Assembly: GCF_000372725.1 (NCBI RefSeq)
Contig: NW_005202303.1
Coordinates: 310,001 to 374,000 of the forward strand
Length of the DNA stretch: 64,000 nucleotides
DNA from: Emiliania huxleyi CCMP1516
Taxonomy: Eukaryota
Direction: 5' to 3'
The position numbers were made by a program, and so were the translations under genes. Below are positions 37,548-50,211 of this stretch, piece by piece. The stretch's first letter is position 1, and each line of letters opens with the position of its first letter. Below the pieces are notes generated by a model, which was not told where the DNA came from, did not search any database, and saw only the letters and a program-made list of their open reading frames with translations.

Positions 37548-39059
37548 TTACTCCTCCACCATGTCGGCGAGCGTCGGGGTGGTGCGGAGATGCTGCGCAC
37601 CGCGCACCGCAATCGAGACTGCGACGGCGGCGGCGACGGCTGCGCTCGCCGTGGCGAGCCCGTCGAGAGCGAGCGGGCCGAGCGCTGCGGCGTCGGGGCC
37701 GACGGCCGCCCCGCGGCTGACAGCGAACCTGAGCACGCCAGCGTCAAGGGGTGTGGGGAGGGGGGAAGGAGGGGGGGGGGGGGGGAGAGTGGTCGGCAGG
37801 GACGTGTTTTCAGCCTGCATCTAGGACGGCGAACAAGGCCCAGCCGACCGCAGCTGCTGCCGAGAGCAGCCCGAGGCGGGCATAGGAGTCGGCGAGCGCT
37901 GCGGCGGCGAGGAGGGAGAGGACCTGGCGGGGAGCGAAGGAGGCGCGGTGAGAGGCGCGGAGGGCCGTGTGGGGTGCTACCACACTCCCCCACTGCTACC
38001 GGAGGAGGGGGTGCGCCACCGCGGCGGCGAAGCAGCGAGCGGCGCCGAGAGAAGCGGATCCCGCCCAAGCGTTGACGTTGACGAGGGCGGCCGCCGTCAC
38101 CCATCCCGCGTGCCTGCTCGCAATGTCAGACGCGTGAAGAGACGCCCTTCACACTCACAGCTGCCCTCGCCCGGCTGGGCGTGCAGCGATCGCGGAACGG
38201 AGACCAGGGCGCCAAGCGGCCCGCGCAGCGCTGGCGCGGCCTGCAGGTGCGAGAGGGGGGCGGCTGTGCGTGGCAGAGCGAGGGAGTGGCTGCCGTCACC
38301 TGCACAGCGTAGCAGGCATGGGAGAAGTGTTGTGCCCCTGCGGCCTCCACTCTGCTGTGGTGACGGGCTGCGGATAGGCGGAGGGACTGGCGTGCTGTGC
38401 AGTGGCGGAGTGCCAGGTGGCGAGAAGACGGCCCGGCGTCAGCGTCTGCGTGTGCGGAGCGTCAATCTGTTGTGTGTGCCGTCCGCTGCGAGACGACGAG
38501 GCACGCGGCGGTAGCCGCGAGGCAGGCCGAGGAGAGCCAGAGCCGAGAGAGCGCCCACGGCCGAAAGGCGGCACACCACAGGGCCTGGGCGCAGTTTGCG
38601 CTCAGCCACGCGGGAGCCGCGGGGGCTGCGGCTCGCGCCGCCTCGCGGTTGACGGCGAGCGCGAGGACGCCGGCGGCTTCTCCGAGGTAGATGACGCCCC
38701 AGATGGCAAAGGCGAAGCCTGACAGCGGGCCTCCAGGTGTGTCGGGCTGCAACGAGTGAGCGCTGCCGTTGTGATATGGGGCGAGTGCTGCCTGCCGGAT
38801 TGAAGAGCGTCGGCCAGGGAGACCGGACCAGCACGTCTGCGTCTGAGTCGAATCGGCCGGGGAGAGCAACGCTGACGACGCTGACGATCAGCCCGCCGAT
38901 CTGTAGCCCGAGCCCGCCCTTGCCGGGAGCCGGAGTGTTGCGGAGAGCAGCTGTGACGCAAGCAGCAGCGCCACAGAAAATCAGCGCGGCGGCGAACCCA
39001 GAGGCGACAGGCGGCGGCGGAGGAGGCGGTGTGGGCGGAGGGCGGGCGAAGAAGCGCAT
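37548..39059 (-). CDS. Multi-exon TspO/MBR-like Trp-rich membrane protein
   Basis: TLFNPAG/FAFAIWGVIYLGE, WLSANCAQALWCAAF and PRSLH/AGWVTAAALVNVN, plus several hydrophobic helices. Confidence 0.7.
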
Positions 39060-40678
39060 GAATTGACGCTCTCAGAGCCGGTGGAATCGGGAGAAGCTGG
39101 CGAAAATTTGAGCAGGTGCGAGCGCAGTGGCGGAGGTGTTAAAAAGAATTTTCGCCCGCATCGCGACACGGTCACACGCGGACGCTCCAGCCTCTCAGCT
39201 CACCACCTCGCCTTCTCTGTCGCTCTCCTGGCCCAGGCCCATCAGTAGCACGTCTGAGCCGTCCCAGACCGCACTTACCTTGGGTCTGCAAGCTCACACC
39301 GGCTCGTGATGCCACGGAGAGGGCTCGAGATTGTCTTCGGCGGACCCCATCCGAGGCGATTGCGAGGGCATTCCGGAGGTCATTATCGGCGCCACCGACC
39401 GTGAAATGTCTCGTACCGCAGCCCTCATGCACCAGGCGCATGGATGCAGTCATAATATGTAGGCCTTGTCTCCCGAAGTTTTGAGCAATAGCCGCAAAAG
39501 GTGCTTTTCGGCAGTTCATCGCGACACGTCCAGGTGCCGACGAAGCGGCTTCCCAGCTCACCACCTCGCCTTTTCTGTCGCTCTCCTGGCCCAGGCCCAT
39601 CGGTATCAAGTCTGAGCTCTCCCAAACCGTCCTTATTTTGGGTGATGAAGCCCACTCTGGCTCATACAACGGAGAGAGAGCAACGGAGAGAGAGTAAGTA
39701 CAACGGAGAGAGAGAGACAACGGCTCTTACGGCCTCATACACGCCCGTTTCACCCACAGACACGCCGGCACGCACTCCCACTTCACACATGCTCAAGCAC
39801 AACCCCACCAAAGCACAGCCCTGCTCAGAGTAGTCGTGAACCACCCTTTGGCAGCCGTGGAAGCCCCACAGCCGCTGCTTCTCTCGGCTCCTCTCAATGC
39901 GTGTCGTGCACCACCCCACGAAAGCCCACCGAAAGAGCACTGGTGCTCTCCGCATGCGCCACCGATGTGATTGTGCAACGTCAGCCACCTCGCCGGAGGT
40001 AGTTGCGACTGGGGACACCGGAAGCTCGACGCTCGAGCACGTGTGGCAAAGTTTTGCGACATCCTGCGACTCGACCCCCGAGGGCTGCCGGCCGCCGACA
40101 GCAATACCGAGACCGGATTGCGCAGCGAGTTCGGTCCGAATGAGCCCAGGGCCAGCCCGTGGACCGGTACGGACGGCAGGTACCCACGGGACCGCTGCGG
40201 CGGGACTGGGAGGCGCCACGAGTCCCAAAATCGAGCACGGTCGGCGCGCGTCCCCAAGCTGGAAATAGGCCTTTAATGACTGCACTCCAAGAGTGCTCGC
40301 CAAGTGCGCAAGTCGAGTGTGACTCACACAGTGTGCAGAGCCGGCTACTAGATAGTGCTCCAAGTACGGCTTTACCAAGAGAGTGCAGCCAGGAGGGCAG
40401 TGGAGTGGCAAAAGGACCAGCGAAGCAGGATGACGGAGGGGCTTTTTCCATATCCGTCATTGAGCGCCCACTTACTTCCTCGCCGTCCCTCCCTTGCGTT
40501 GTTTGTTTTCTTTCTTTTTACTTTAACCAAGATTCCCAGCGCGGACCACGCTTGCGTGTGGATAATACCTCGCTGGAAGCTGTGGCAGAACGCTAAACAT
40601 GCATGCGTTTCCCCCCAGGCGCCAAGGCCCGGGAGCCTCTCGTCCGATGAGCGATTGGTGCAGCCTCCTCTGCGCGTT

Positions 40679-41942
40679 TCAGTCCTCGACGCGCCTCTGC
40701 GCTTCGCCAAGCGCCGTCCGCAGCGCGGCGCCCTCCTCCGCCAGCGCCGCCAGCCTGCCGCACACCGCCTTTCGCCGCGCGCGCGCTTCGCCCCTCTCCG
40801 CCTCGTCGAGCCCTTCCAGCCCGTCGAGTCCATCCACCTCCACCTGCGGTGGAACAGGACTCCGTCCATTACTAGACAGCCGGGCATGCGCGCGCGACCG
40901 CCTCGACCTGCAGCGCGGCCAGCGAGGCGAGCGCGGAGGAGGCCTTGCGGTGGACGCACTCCACCGCGTCCGCCGCCTAGCGACGCACCAGCTGGACTCT
41001 CACTGGCGGCTCTGCGGGTGCACGCCGCACGGCACACCCGGCCGCCGCCTCGACGTCGTCCAAGTCGACCCGGGCGAGGGAGGAGGACAGACCTCCGAGC
41101 GCCACGCCTGCAGAGTCGGTCCTCCGCTCCAGTGCGAGCAGCCGCTCCCCGACCGGCACAGCGTCGCCCGCCTCGGCGCTGCTTGGGCTGCAATCGGGCG
41201 CGGCGGCGGGCGGGCCAGCATCGCCGCTGCCGATCAGAGAGAGGTTGGCCCGCTTGAGGTTGACCAGCTGGCCGCCCTCCCCGCGCAGCTGGTACCGCTG
41301 CTTCTCCTCCAACCACGATACCACCTCGCCCCGCGTCCCGTTGAGCGCGCGGCCCGCCTCGGAGGCGAGTCCTTGCACCAGCACAAGGCTCCCGGGCGGC
41401 AGCGGCTCGCAGGCCACGTCGGCGTCACCGCCGCCGCCGGCCGCCTCGCGCGCGAGCCTCGCCGCCCGGCGCTGCTCCTTGATCCGCTCGAGGTCCGTCT
41501 TCCCGTCCAGCTCGACGTAGCCTCCCTCCGGAGGCCGCGGCGGCTCCCGCGCCGACGAATCGGCGCCACCACCGTCAAACGGGCCGCCGAATGGGCCGCC
41601 GAATGGGCCGTCGGGCAGCGTCTGCGAGAGGCCCTGCGGAGGGGCGGCCGCCGCGGGAGGCGGCTTGAGCTCGACGTCCACGTCGACCGCCTCTCGCGCC
41701 AGAAGCACGATGCCGCTGCCGAGGCCGTGGTCGCCGAGCGGGACGCCATCCACCTCAACGCTCGCCACGTCCGCCGGTGTCGGCAGCCGCCCCGCGTACA
41801 GGCCCGCCTTCTTCGAGTAGGCCTTGAGGAAGGGCGCAAGCACCGTGTCCACAAAGGGCCGCTTGAGCATCTTGCTAGTGAGCGTGAGCTTGAGCGTGAC
41901 GTCGCCGCAGCTCACGAGGCAGGTGCGTGATCGCTCCTCCAT
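40679..41942 (-). CDS. Multi-exon protein: N-terminal ubiquitin-like domain + SH3/KOW-like domain + BAG-like C-terminal helices
   Basis: VTLKLTLTSKMLKRPFVDTVLAPFLKAY; LPPGSLVLVQGL..LNGTRGEVV..RYQL..VNLKRANL; QVEVDGLD...EARARRKAVCGRL. Domain names are pattern-based inference. Confidence 0.6.
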
Positions 41943-42014
41943 GATGGTTGGGCGTGTTGCAGGTGTGGGTTCGGATAGTAGGGGGAGGGCTCCCAGGGCT
42001 TCGAGGTTTTTCAG

Positions 42015-45000
42015 TTGCAACCATCGTGATAGGCAAGGCGTTCAGGGTGATAGTGATAGACGGTGCGCGGCTGGCAAGTACGAAGTAGTGAGTGAGAGAG
42101 GTGTACACGGCCGTGAGCTGTGCGTACGGGTAACAAACCATCAATACATGGTCGGTGCGTGTCGTGATCCCCTGGAACACCCGTACTCTCCCGCGCCATC
42201 TCCGTCGCCCTCTTCGGCTGCGGCCTTACCACCAAGATCGGGAGGCGGCCAGGGCTCATAGACTCGGTCGAGAGACCCCAGATTGGCATCCATGCCTCTC
42301 TGGACAGGGTGGCCCGCCACAACGACCCCTGGAATTGCGACTCGCCGCTTTCCTCCCGCTGTGATTCTGTGTGAGCTCTGTGTCTTGATTTGCCAACAAT
42401 ATACATAATACATGAATCAATACTTCCTGTATCGCACAAACCATCAATACTTCCTGTATCGCACAAAGTACAAAGACTCTACGACCCCCAGTATTCTGAT
42501 AAACACAAGATGCATGCTCGGGGCTCTACTGGGATCTCTTCTCGACGTTCTTCGCTATCCGAATCCGAATCATCCGCGTCATACGCCTCGCCTCTTCGCT
42601 CCCCGATTCGCTGTCCGCATTTGCATGCAGTGCGCGGCAAGAGTGGCTTGAGGGGCTCTCCCCCACGGCTCACAATCTCTCGCAAGCTACTCGACATCGG
42701 GAACCGCATGTGCGGGTTGGGACACGAGGGTAGTGAGGATAGCATGCGCCAGCCAGGCGCCGCCTCATCCTCAAAGCACTGATGCGTCATGAGACGTCGC
42801 GGTGCCGTCACGGCACGGCCCACCACGAAAGCCGCGCCAGGAATGTCTTCGCCGCCGGGAAGTGCACCGTCTACGAAAGCCATCCTCATGCCCTCTTCAC
42901 GCATCGCCTCCGCCTCCGCCCTTGTCGATGCCGGTCGCGCCCCCTCTAGTCGTCCCTGTCGGACATAGCTGATCGACGTGCGGGGGCTGTCCCGGCCGTC
43001 TGACCAGAGAGCGTGCACCTGCTCGCACACGCGAGCCTCCCAAAGGAAGCTGCCATCAGGCGGGTTGTCGAGCATGTGCATGTACAGTAGGACGATTCGG
43101 TCCCGGTCGTGCCACCAGCAGCTGTGCGGCCACGCCAGAGGCGCGAGCTCCGCAGCTGTCGGCCTCCGACCGTTGGAGTCGAGATCGAACAGCACATCCT
43201 CACGATGGCACGGGAGGTACTCCTCATCGTAGTCGGAAGCGTCGTCATCGCACCACTCCCCTAACCACGGGTACAGCATGCCGTCCACACCGGCCTGCTC
43301 CGCGAGCATGGCAACCTCCTCGAACCATGCTTCCTGCTGCGCCCGGCGGGTGGGGTTTGGCGACCAGAAAGGAAGACTGTCCTTGTACTTGCTCCAGCCT
43401 CCCGCCACCGCCGCCGCCAGCTGGCGTCGCGTTGGGCGGCGAGCCTGCGTGTGCGGGGGGGTAGGGGGGGCGCGTGGGCGTGGAGGGCGGCGGCGAGGCG
43501 GCGCCGCGTGGGAGGGAGCGAGTACCGCCGCTTCCGCCTTGGTCGCCTCCGCCTCCATTGCCTCGGCCGCCGCCTCCGCCTCCCTCAACTCGCGGATCAA
43601 TGCCTCCCTCGAAGAAGCGGCTGAGCCCATCACCCTCAGCACCCTGCTCTCCTCCCTCAACTCCGGCGCCGCCTCCGCCTGGGCTGCCTCCAGCGCGACC
43701 AGCAACGGCTTCTTCACCTCCCAAGGGAGGCGCAACACCTTGTACCTCGCCTGCGCCTCCCTCTCCTCGGCTGCCGCCCGCTGACTCCTCTGCGCGAGCA
43801 CCTCCTCGAGGATCCGCAGCGGCGCCACCGCCTCTGCCAACGGCACCACCTCCGCCGCCTCCTTCTCCGCAGCTGCCCGCGCCTGCACGTATGCCGCTCG
43901 GTACGCCGACTCGTAGTCCTCCAGATGCCTGAAGTCCCGAAGAAGCGGCTGCTCTTCCCGCCAGTCCACCTCCCTCAACGCCTCGACGACCGCCAGGGCA
44001 TACTCGCAGCGAGGGTCGCTGTACCCGTAGTTGTTCCGCCGCCAGCAAGGGTCGCGCGCAACCATCTCGTCGTCAGACTCCCGCGCAAGGAACCAGCTGT
44101 TCGGATAGCTGACCTTTATTGCCGCCCGTGGAGCTCTTCCTGGGCTGCCATCCAGTCTGGTACCAGTGATGCTGCACCAGCGGCTGTTTGTTATCGTGCC
44201 GATGCGGATGCTCCTCCCGCCCAGCCTGGCTGCCTCGTACCCGGCTTTCAACGCCCTCGCCGCCTCCGCCTCCGCCTCCGCCGCCAGGTACGCCGCCCGC
44301 GCCGCCTCCTTCGCCTCCCACTCCACCGGATCGCCAAAACCACATGCTCGGATAGCCTCGTAAGCGCACTCGCTCCGGTACTCAGCGGCCCTCGTCGCCA
44401 AAACCACGGCCAAGAAGTACTCCACCTCGGCGTGCGGCCCGCCGAACAGCTCGACGCCGTCAGGCAAACCCTCGACCGCCTCCGCTGCCAGCGCCGCCCG
44501 CATCGCCGCCTCCGCCTCGGCCACAAGCTCCGCCGCCCCCCTCGTCTGCTTCACCCTCTGCTTCACCCCGCCGTAGCCACCCAGCGGTAGCCCCGCCTCC
44601 GTGAAGCGCTCGTCCAACAGGACCACTCCGTCCTGAGGTAGCCTCGAGAAGCGCTCGTCACGAACCCTGCTCATCGCTGCCTCCTCCGCCTCCCGAGCTT
44701 CGCTCGCGGCCCTATCACTCTCTCGATTGAGCACCAGCGTCACCGCCTTCACCGCCAACTTCTCCGCCCGCACCCGCGCCACCTCCGCCGCCGCCTCCTC
44801 CGCCGCCGCCCGCGCCGCCTGCGCCGCGCCAGCGCCCGCCTCCGCCTCGGCCTCCGCCTCGGCCTCCCTCTCCGGCGCGGCCGCCATGTTCATTTGGATG
44901 CGGTACAGTGCGCGCTGCCGCTTTGAGGCACTGGCCGTTGGCAGCTCGCCCGCCACCGAGGCCGCCAATGCCGCGGCCGCCGCTCGGCAGTCTCGGCAGC

Positions 45001-46395
45001 GCCACCGCCCCCCTGCCGCTGATCCCGTCTCAGGCTCGCAGCGGAAGCAAACGTCGATGTCGTCGCCAGCGGCGAGCCGCCCGAAGCAGACGTCGCACGT
45101 GCCTCGCGTCGGCGCCTCCATGCTGGTGACAGCGTGGCCGCATTCGCGGCAGCACGGCTCCTTGCTCGGCGCGCCGCCGTCGCATCGCCGCAGCTGCGCC
45201 GCCGCCGCCGCCTCCTTCTCTTCGCGAAGGACTTGCGGTAATCGCCGCAGGGGCTCGGCAGGTGGCGCGCGCGCCGCCTCGGCTGAGCCCGCCGCGCACG
45301 CTTCGGGCGTCTCCCGCCGCGCCTGATTCGGAGGGCAAGTGCGGCGGTGGCGAGGGTGAGCGCAGGGCGGCGCCGGGTTGGGTGGAGTGTCGGCGAGCGG
45401 CGACGCGCGGGGAAGCAGGCAGGAGCTCGGCACCGGCGTCGGGCGCTTCGCCGCCGGTGCCGCCGGATCGGCGTCGCTTGCCGAGAGCCTCCGCTTGACC
45501 GCAACCTTGTCCGCCTCGCGCCGCCGCTGGCCGACCTTGTACGCCGCCATCTCCTCCTCGTAGACGGCCATCTTCGCCTTGTAGTTGGCGACGCGCATCG
45601 TGTTCAAGGCGACGTCCTTCACCTTCTTCGGCTCCCTCGGCTTCTTCGGTAGTGGCGCCTTCGACGGCGAGGCCTTGGGCATGGCCCGCCCGTGTCGACA
45701 GAATTTGCGCAGCCCCCCCGGAATATCTTGTGTGAGGGCTTCCGAGGTGAACCTCGAAGAATTTTTTGCGGAGGATGGTATGGTGCGCATGACCCACCAC
45801 ACCCCCGCCGCCTGCTGACAGACCCAGCCTCCCGGAGACCGGGGATGGCGGTCAGGACCATACCCCCCCACCCTTTGGGCCGTGAGCCTACCATACCATA
45901 CCTTAGGCTGAACAAGCTATTCCTCTCGCACCCCGTCTCTTTTCCTTTCCTTTTTTCTCTACAGCACCCTCTCTTTTCCTCTCTATTTTCCCGGGAAAAC
46001 TCCGGGGAAACCATCAAATTTTCCGGGCTCTGAGCCGAGTCTGAGGCTGGTTTGGGCCCAAAATCAGCCAAATCGGCAAAATACCGGGTATTTTGCGGGT
46101 ATACCTGGAAACTCCCGGGTATACCTGGAAAATACCCTGCGACCGCCTGGGTATCGTGCCGATTTCCTCAATTTTGCGTCAGATTTTGCCCCAGACCAGC
46201 TCTCAGACTCAGGGAAACTCGCGAGTTTCCAGAATGGAGCACCAAACACCCTCTGTTTTCCCTGGAAATTTCCGGAAACGCAAAGTGCTGGGGACCCTCT
46301 GTTTTCCTTTTTGTTTGCCGGAAAAGCTTGTGCAGGCCAAACCATACCCCGCAAAAAGTTGGAACCCAGGGGAAAGGCAACGGCTTGAATTAGTT
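42015..46395 (-). mobile_element. Putative 4.4-kb insertion carrying one large orphan ORF
   Basis: TTTTTCAG at 42007-42014 and 46396-46403. AT-richer, repeat-rich ends (42400-42470 and 45900-46390). Removal joins two flanking ORFs in frame. Confidence 0.45.
42479..45683 (-). CDS. Orphan ~1070-aa protein with a Lys-rich N-terminus, Cys-rich zinc-finger-like region and coiled coils
   Basis: Uninterrupted ORF 42479-45871, probable start MPKASPSK at 45683. Contains CCRECGH..TCDVC..VCFRC..WRCRDC and C-terminal CKCG..CILC. Confidence 0.65.
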
Positions 46396-46635
46396 TTTTT
46401 CAGCCTGTTTGAACGCTGCGGCTGTGCAGCTGCGGCCGCATACGACTGAGCCGCAGGCGCGGCGGCTGGCTGAGCGGCTGGTGCGGCGGCTGGCGCGGCG
46501 GTGGCGCACGTGCCCGCGCGCTCGCGCTCTGCGCGCTCCAGCTCCCGCGTGTACTCGGACTTCTCAGGCTGATCTGCCTGTCGAGACATAGCATCGTGCG
46601 AGTAAGCCGCAGGTGTTTTTCTGCGATATTCTCCC

Positions 46636-47119
46636 AGGTGTGTATTCTTTTTGCTTGGGGCGGACAGCATGCCGGGGTAGGTAGGGTAGGTCTGGGCGCT
46701 CCCGTCGGGTTTTTCCCTCTCTTCAAGCTGGAATTTTCACAGCAAAAAAAGAAATTTTCGGCGAAAATCACGATGTCAACCCTCCCCAAGTGGGTGATCT
46801 GGTGCTTGTAGGGCTTGATAGTGGCCTGCCATGTCACAGGAAGGACTGTGATTGCAGGAGAGTACCACCAGCCATCACTTTAGTTGGTATAGTACTCCAC
46901 CTTCACCCATACCGTGATTTCTTTTTTAGTTTCCCATAAGTAGGGTAGGTAGGTAGGTAGGTAGGTAGGTAGGGGCACCGCAGGGGCCGGTCAGGTTTTT
47001 CCAGAATTTCAGCATGCTGTCCGCCCCAAGCAAAAAGAATCTTACAACAAAACTCCCTCGCACAACACGGGGCACGGGACTGGCGCGCACTGGCACTAAC
47101 ACAAAAAGAATACACACCC
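46636..47119. mobile_element. MITE (484 bp) with TIRs and an 8-bp TSD
   Basis: TIR (A/G)GGTGTGTATTCTTTTTG at both ends. TSD ATTCTCCC at 46628-46635 and 47120-47127. Perfect 29-bp inverted repeat at 46644-46672 / 47012-47040. Internal (TAGG)n. Confidence 0.82.
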
Positions 47120-47202
47120 ATTCTCCCTCCATTTTGCCGCCGCCAAAAGACCGCAACGAAAAACCGCTGCGGGCCATCACCAGGCCATCACAGTCGCCCG
47201 AC

Positions 47203-50170
47203 ATGGAAGGCGTCCTCGAGGAGATTGACGCCATGCTGGGCGAGCAGCAGTCGGTTTCGGCGCGGTGGTACGCCCGCCGCGCCGACCTGCCCGTCGACGA
47301 GGCGCGCGCGCTGCTCAAGAGCTACTTGAGCGCGCGCGCTGGCAGCGCGAGCGGCGTCTTTCTGGTCTCCGGCGAGGCCGCCTCGGGCGGGCGTGTCGTG
47401 CGACTGGCGGAGGCGGACGAGCTCGAGCGGACGCGCGCCGGCTTCGCCTCCGTCACCACGGAGCAGCTCTACTCGGTGCACGCGCCGGCGCTCGCGTCCG
47501 ACGCCTCCCGCAAGTACGAGCCGCTCGCGTCGCTCGCCGCGGCGCAGGACGCGCAGCTGTACGAGGAGGTGCGCCAGCATGCCTCACCTCGCCCCCGGCG
47601 CGGAGCCGTGCCCGCTGGAAGCCGCGCCACTCAGCCCCGCGCCGCCCCCGCGCGCCCTCCTCCCGCAGCTCCAGGCGAGCGGCGAGACCAATTGCCTGCT
47701 CGACAACCGCTGGGCGGCGATCCGGTGCGCGAGAATGGAGATTGGGCGGGGGCACGCTCGCGCAGCGCACACCAGGGAGAGGGGGCCCGTGTGCGCGGGT
47801 CCAGCACGCGCACGCGACAAGACAGCCGACTCGACCGCGACTCGACACGATCCCAAAGGCCTGCTCACTAACCGCCCGGGCCCCGGCAAACGGCTGCGAA
47901 CCCAGGTGCGAGGGGGCGACGATATCGTCGCGGGGCGCGGTCGGACGGCTGCGCGCAGTCGCCCCTCCGCCCGCGAGCGCGGCGCCCAAGCCGCGCCCCG
48001 CCGCCAAGCCGGCCTCCGCCCCGCCGCCGCCAAAGATCCCAAAGGCTGCGGCGGCCATGTTTGCCGCAAAGCCGCCCTCCAAGCCGAAGGCCGCGCCGGC
48101 GGACAAGCCTTCTGAGTCGGCCCCCGCCCCGGCGGCGGCGGAGGCGGAGCCGCCCTCGCAGGGCGGCAAGAAGCGGCGCGCCGTCCCCCGCCAGCGCCGA
48201 CCCTGCCACACTCCATGACGTCCAGCTGACGTGTCGCCCAGGCGCGCCGTCGTCGACAGCGACGAGGAGGAGGAGGAGGAGAGGCCAGCCAAGGCGCAGG
48301 CGCCGGCGGCCGCCGCCAAGCCCGCCGCCGCACCCGCGCCCGCAGCGCCCGCCGCCGCCGCTTCAGCGCCCGCCGCCGCCAAGCCGAAGCCAAAGGGCGG
48401 CATGGCGGGCTTCTTCAAGCCCGCCGCGCCGCCGGCTGCGGCGAAGAAGGGGGAGGAGGCGAAGAAGGGGGAGGGCAAGAAGGTGGGCGGCTGCTCGCGA
48501 GGCGAGGCGAGGCCCTCCACTGCCGAGAAGATGGATAAGGCGGAGGAGTCTGCGCCAGAGGAGCAGGCGGGGCAGCAGGCAGCGACAGGGCAGCAGGCAG
48601 CGACAGGGCAGCAGGCAGCGACAGGGCAGCAGGCAGCGACAGGGCAGCAGGCAGCGACGGGCGGCGGCGCGGGCGGTGTGGGCGGCGCTTCCTCCTCGGA
48701 GGACGGCTCGGAGGACGGCCCGCCGTCGAGTGCCGCCGGGGAGGCGGAGGGGGCGGGGAAGGGTGCGGAGGAGAAGGCGTCTCTGCTGCGCGAGGAGCTC
48801 GGAGGGATGAAGCCGTCGGCGCTCAAGAAGCGCGCCAAGGAGGCTGGCGTGGAGGAGAGCAAGCTCGACGAGGCGGACGACGCGGACGACGTCAAGGCGA
48901 AACTCCTCGAGGCCCCTCGAGCCCGCGGCTTTCTTTGTATGACTGGCAGAACTTGCCTTCGTTAGGCGACGCTCATCGACCTCATCGTCGACAAGGTGTG
49001 CCGCGAGCGGCGGGAGGAGGCGGCGGAGGAGGCGGAGGAGGAAACGGAGGAGGAGGTGGCAGAGGCTGCGGCGCGGCGCAAGGAGGAGCGGCGCAAGGCG
49101 CAGATGAGCCGGAATACGCCGAGATGAGCCGAGATACGCCGAGCCCCCGGGAGATGAGAGAGGAAGGAGGGGCGACGCAAGGCGCGCGGCCCTGTCGAGA
49201 CACGCCGCAGCGCTGCACGCGTCCCGGACACGTCCCCGACACACGCCCCCGACACAGGTCCCTGACCCCCCCCCCCCCCCCTCCCCCCCCTCCCCCGCCC
49301 TTTAGGCTCGCATCCTCGAGGACGCAGCTTCGCTTGTGGACGATCCGGCCGAGCTGGTGGCACCAGCCGCCCGCCGAGGCCCCCGCTGGACAGCGTCTCT
49401 TCACACGCCTAGCTGTGAACAGGTGCACCCGCACCCGCCCGCCGAGGGCGCGAAGACGCCGCCGCCGGTCGCGGCTGCCGAGGAGGAGGCTGCGCCGACC
49501 CGCACCCGCACCGTGACCGTCAAGGAGCGCGTGCGTGAGGAGGTTGCCTGCACCCCTGCCCCTGCCCCAACCCCTGACCCATCCCTCACCCCCCCCACCC
49601 TCACCCCCCACCCTCACCCTCACCCCCACCCCCACCTCACCCTCACCCCCACCTCACCCTCACCCCCACCTCACCCTCACCCCCACCTCACCCTCACCCC
49701 CACCTCACCCTCACCCCCACCTCACCCTCACCCCCACCTCACCCTCACCCCCACCTCACCCTCACCCCCACCTCACCCTCACCCCCACCCTCACCCTCAC
49801 CCTCACCCCCACCTCACCCCCACCTCACCCTCACCCCCACCTCACCCTCACCCCCACCTCACCCTCACCCTCACCCTCACCCCCACCTCACCCTCACCCT
49901 CACCCTCACCCCCACCTCACCCCCACCCCGGCCCTGACCCCAACCTCCGCCCCAGGTGACCTACATGGACGAGCGCGGCTACATGGTCTGCGAGGAGAAG
50001 TGGGTCGAGCGCGAGGTCGAGAAGCAGGCGCCTCAGGCAGCGTAGTCCACCTGAAGCAGCTCTGTCTCCCGCCCCTCCGCCCCTCTCCCTCTCCCACCCC
50101 CTCTCCCTCTCCCTCACCCTCACCCTCTCCCTCACCCTCTCCCTCACCCTCTCCCTCTCCCTCACCCTCT

Positions 50171-50211
<41 letters not shown>

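Noticed and set aside
42479..45871. Fanzor/TnpB or transposase identity for the 1130-aa ORF
   Set aside because: No recognisable RuvC (D-E-D), DDE, HUH or tyrosine-recombinase motifs. Cys pairs alone are insufficient.
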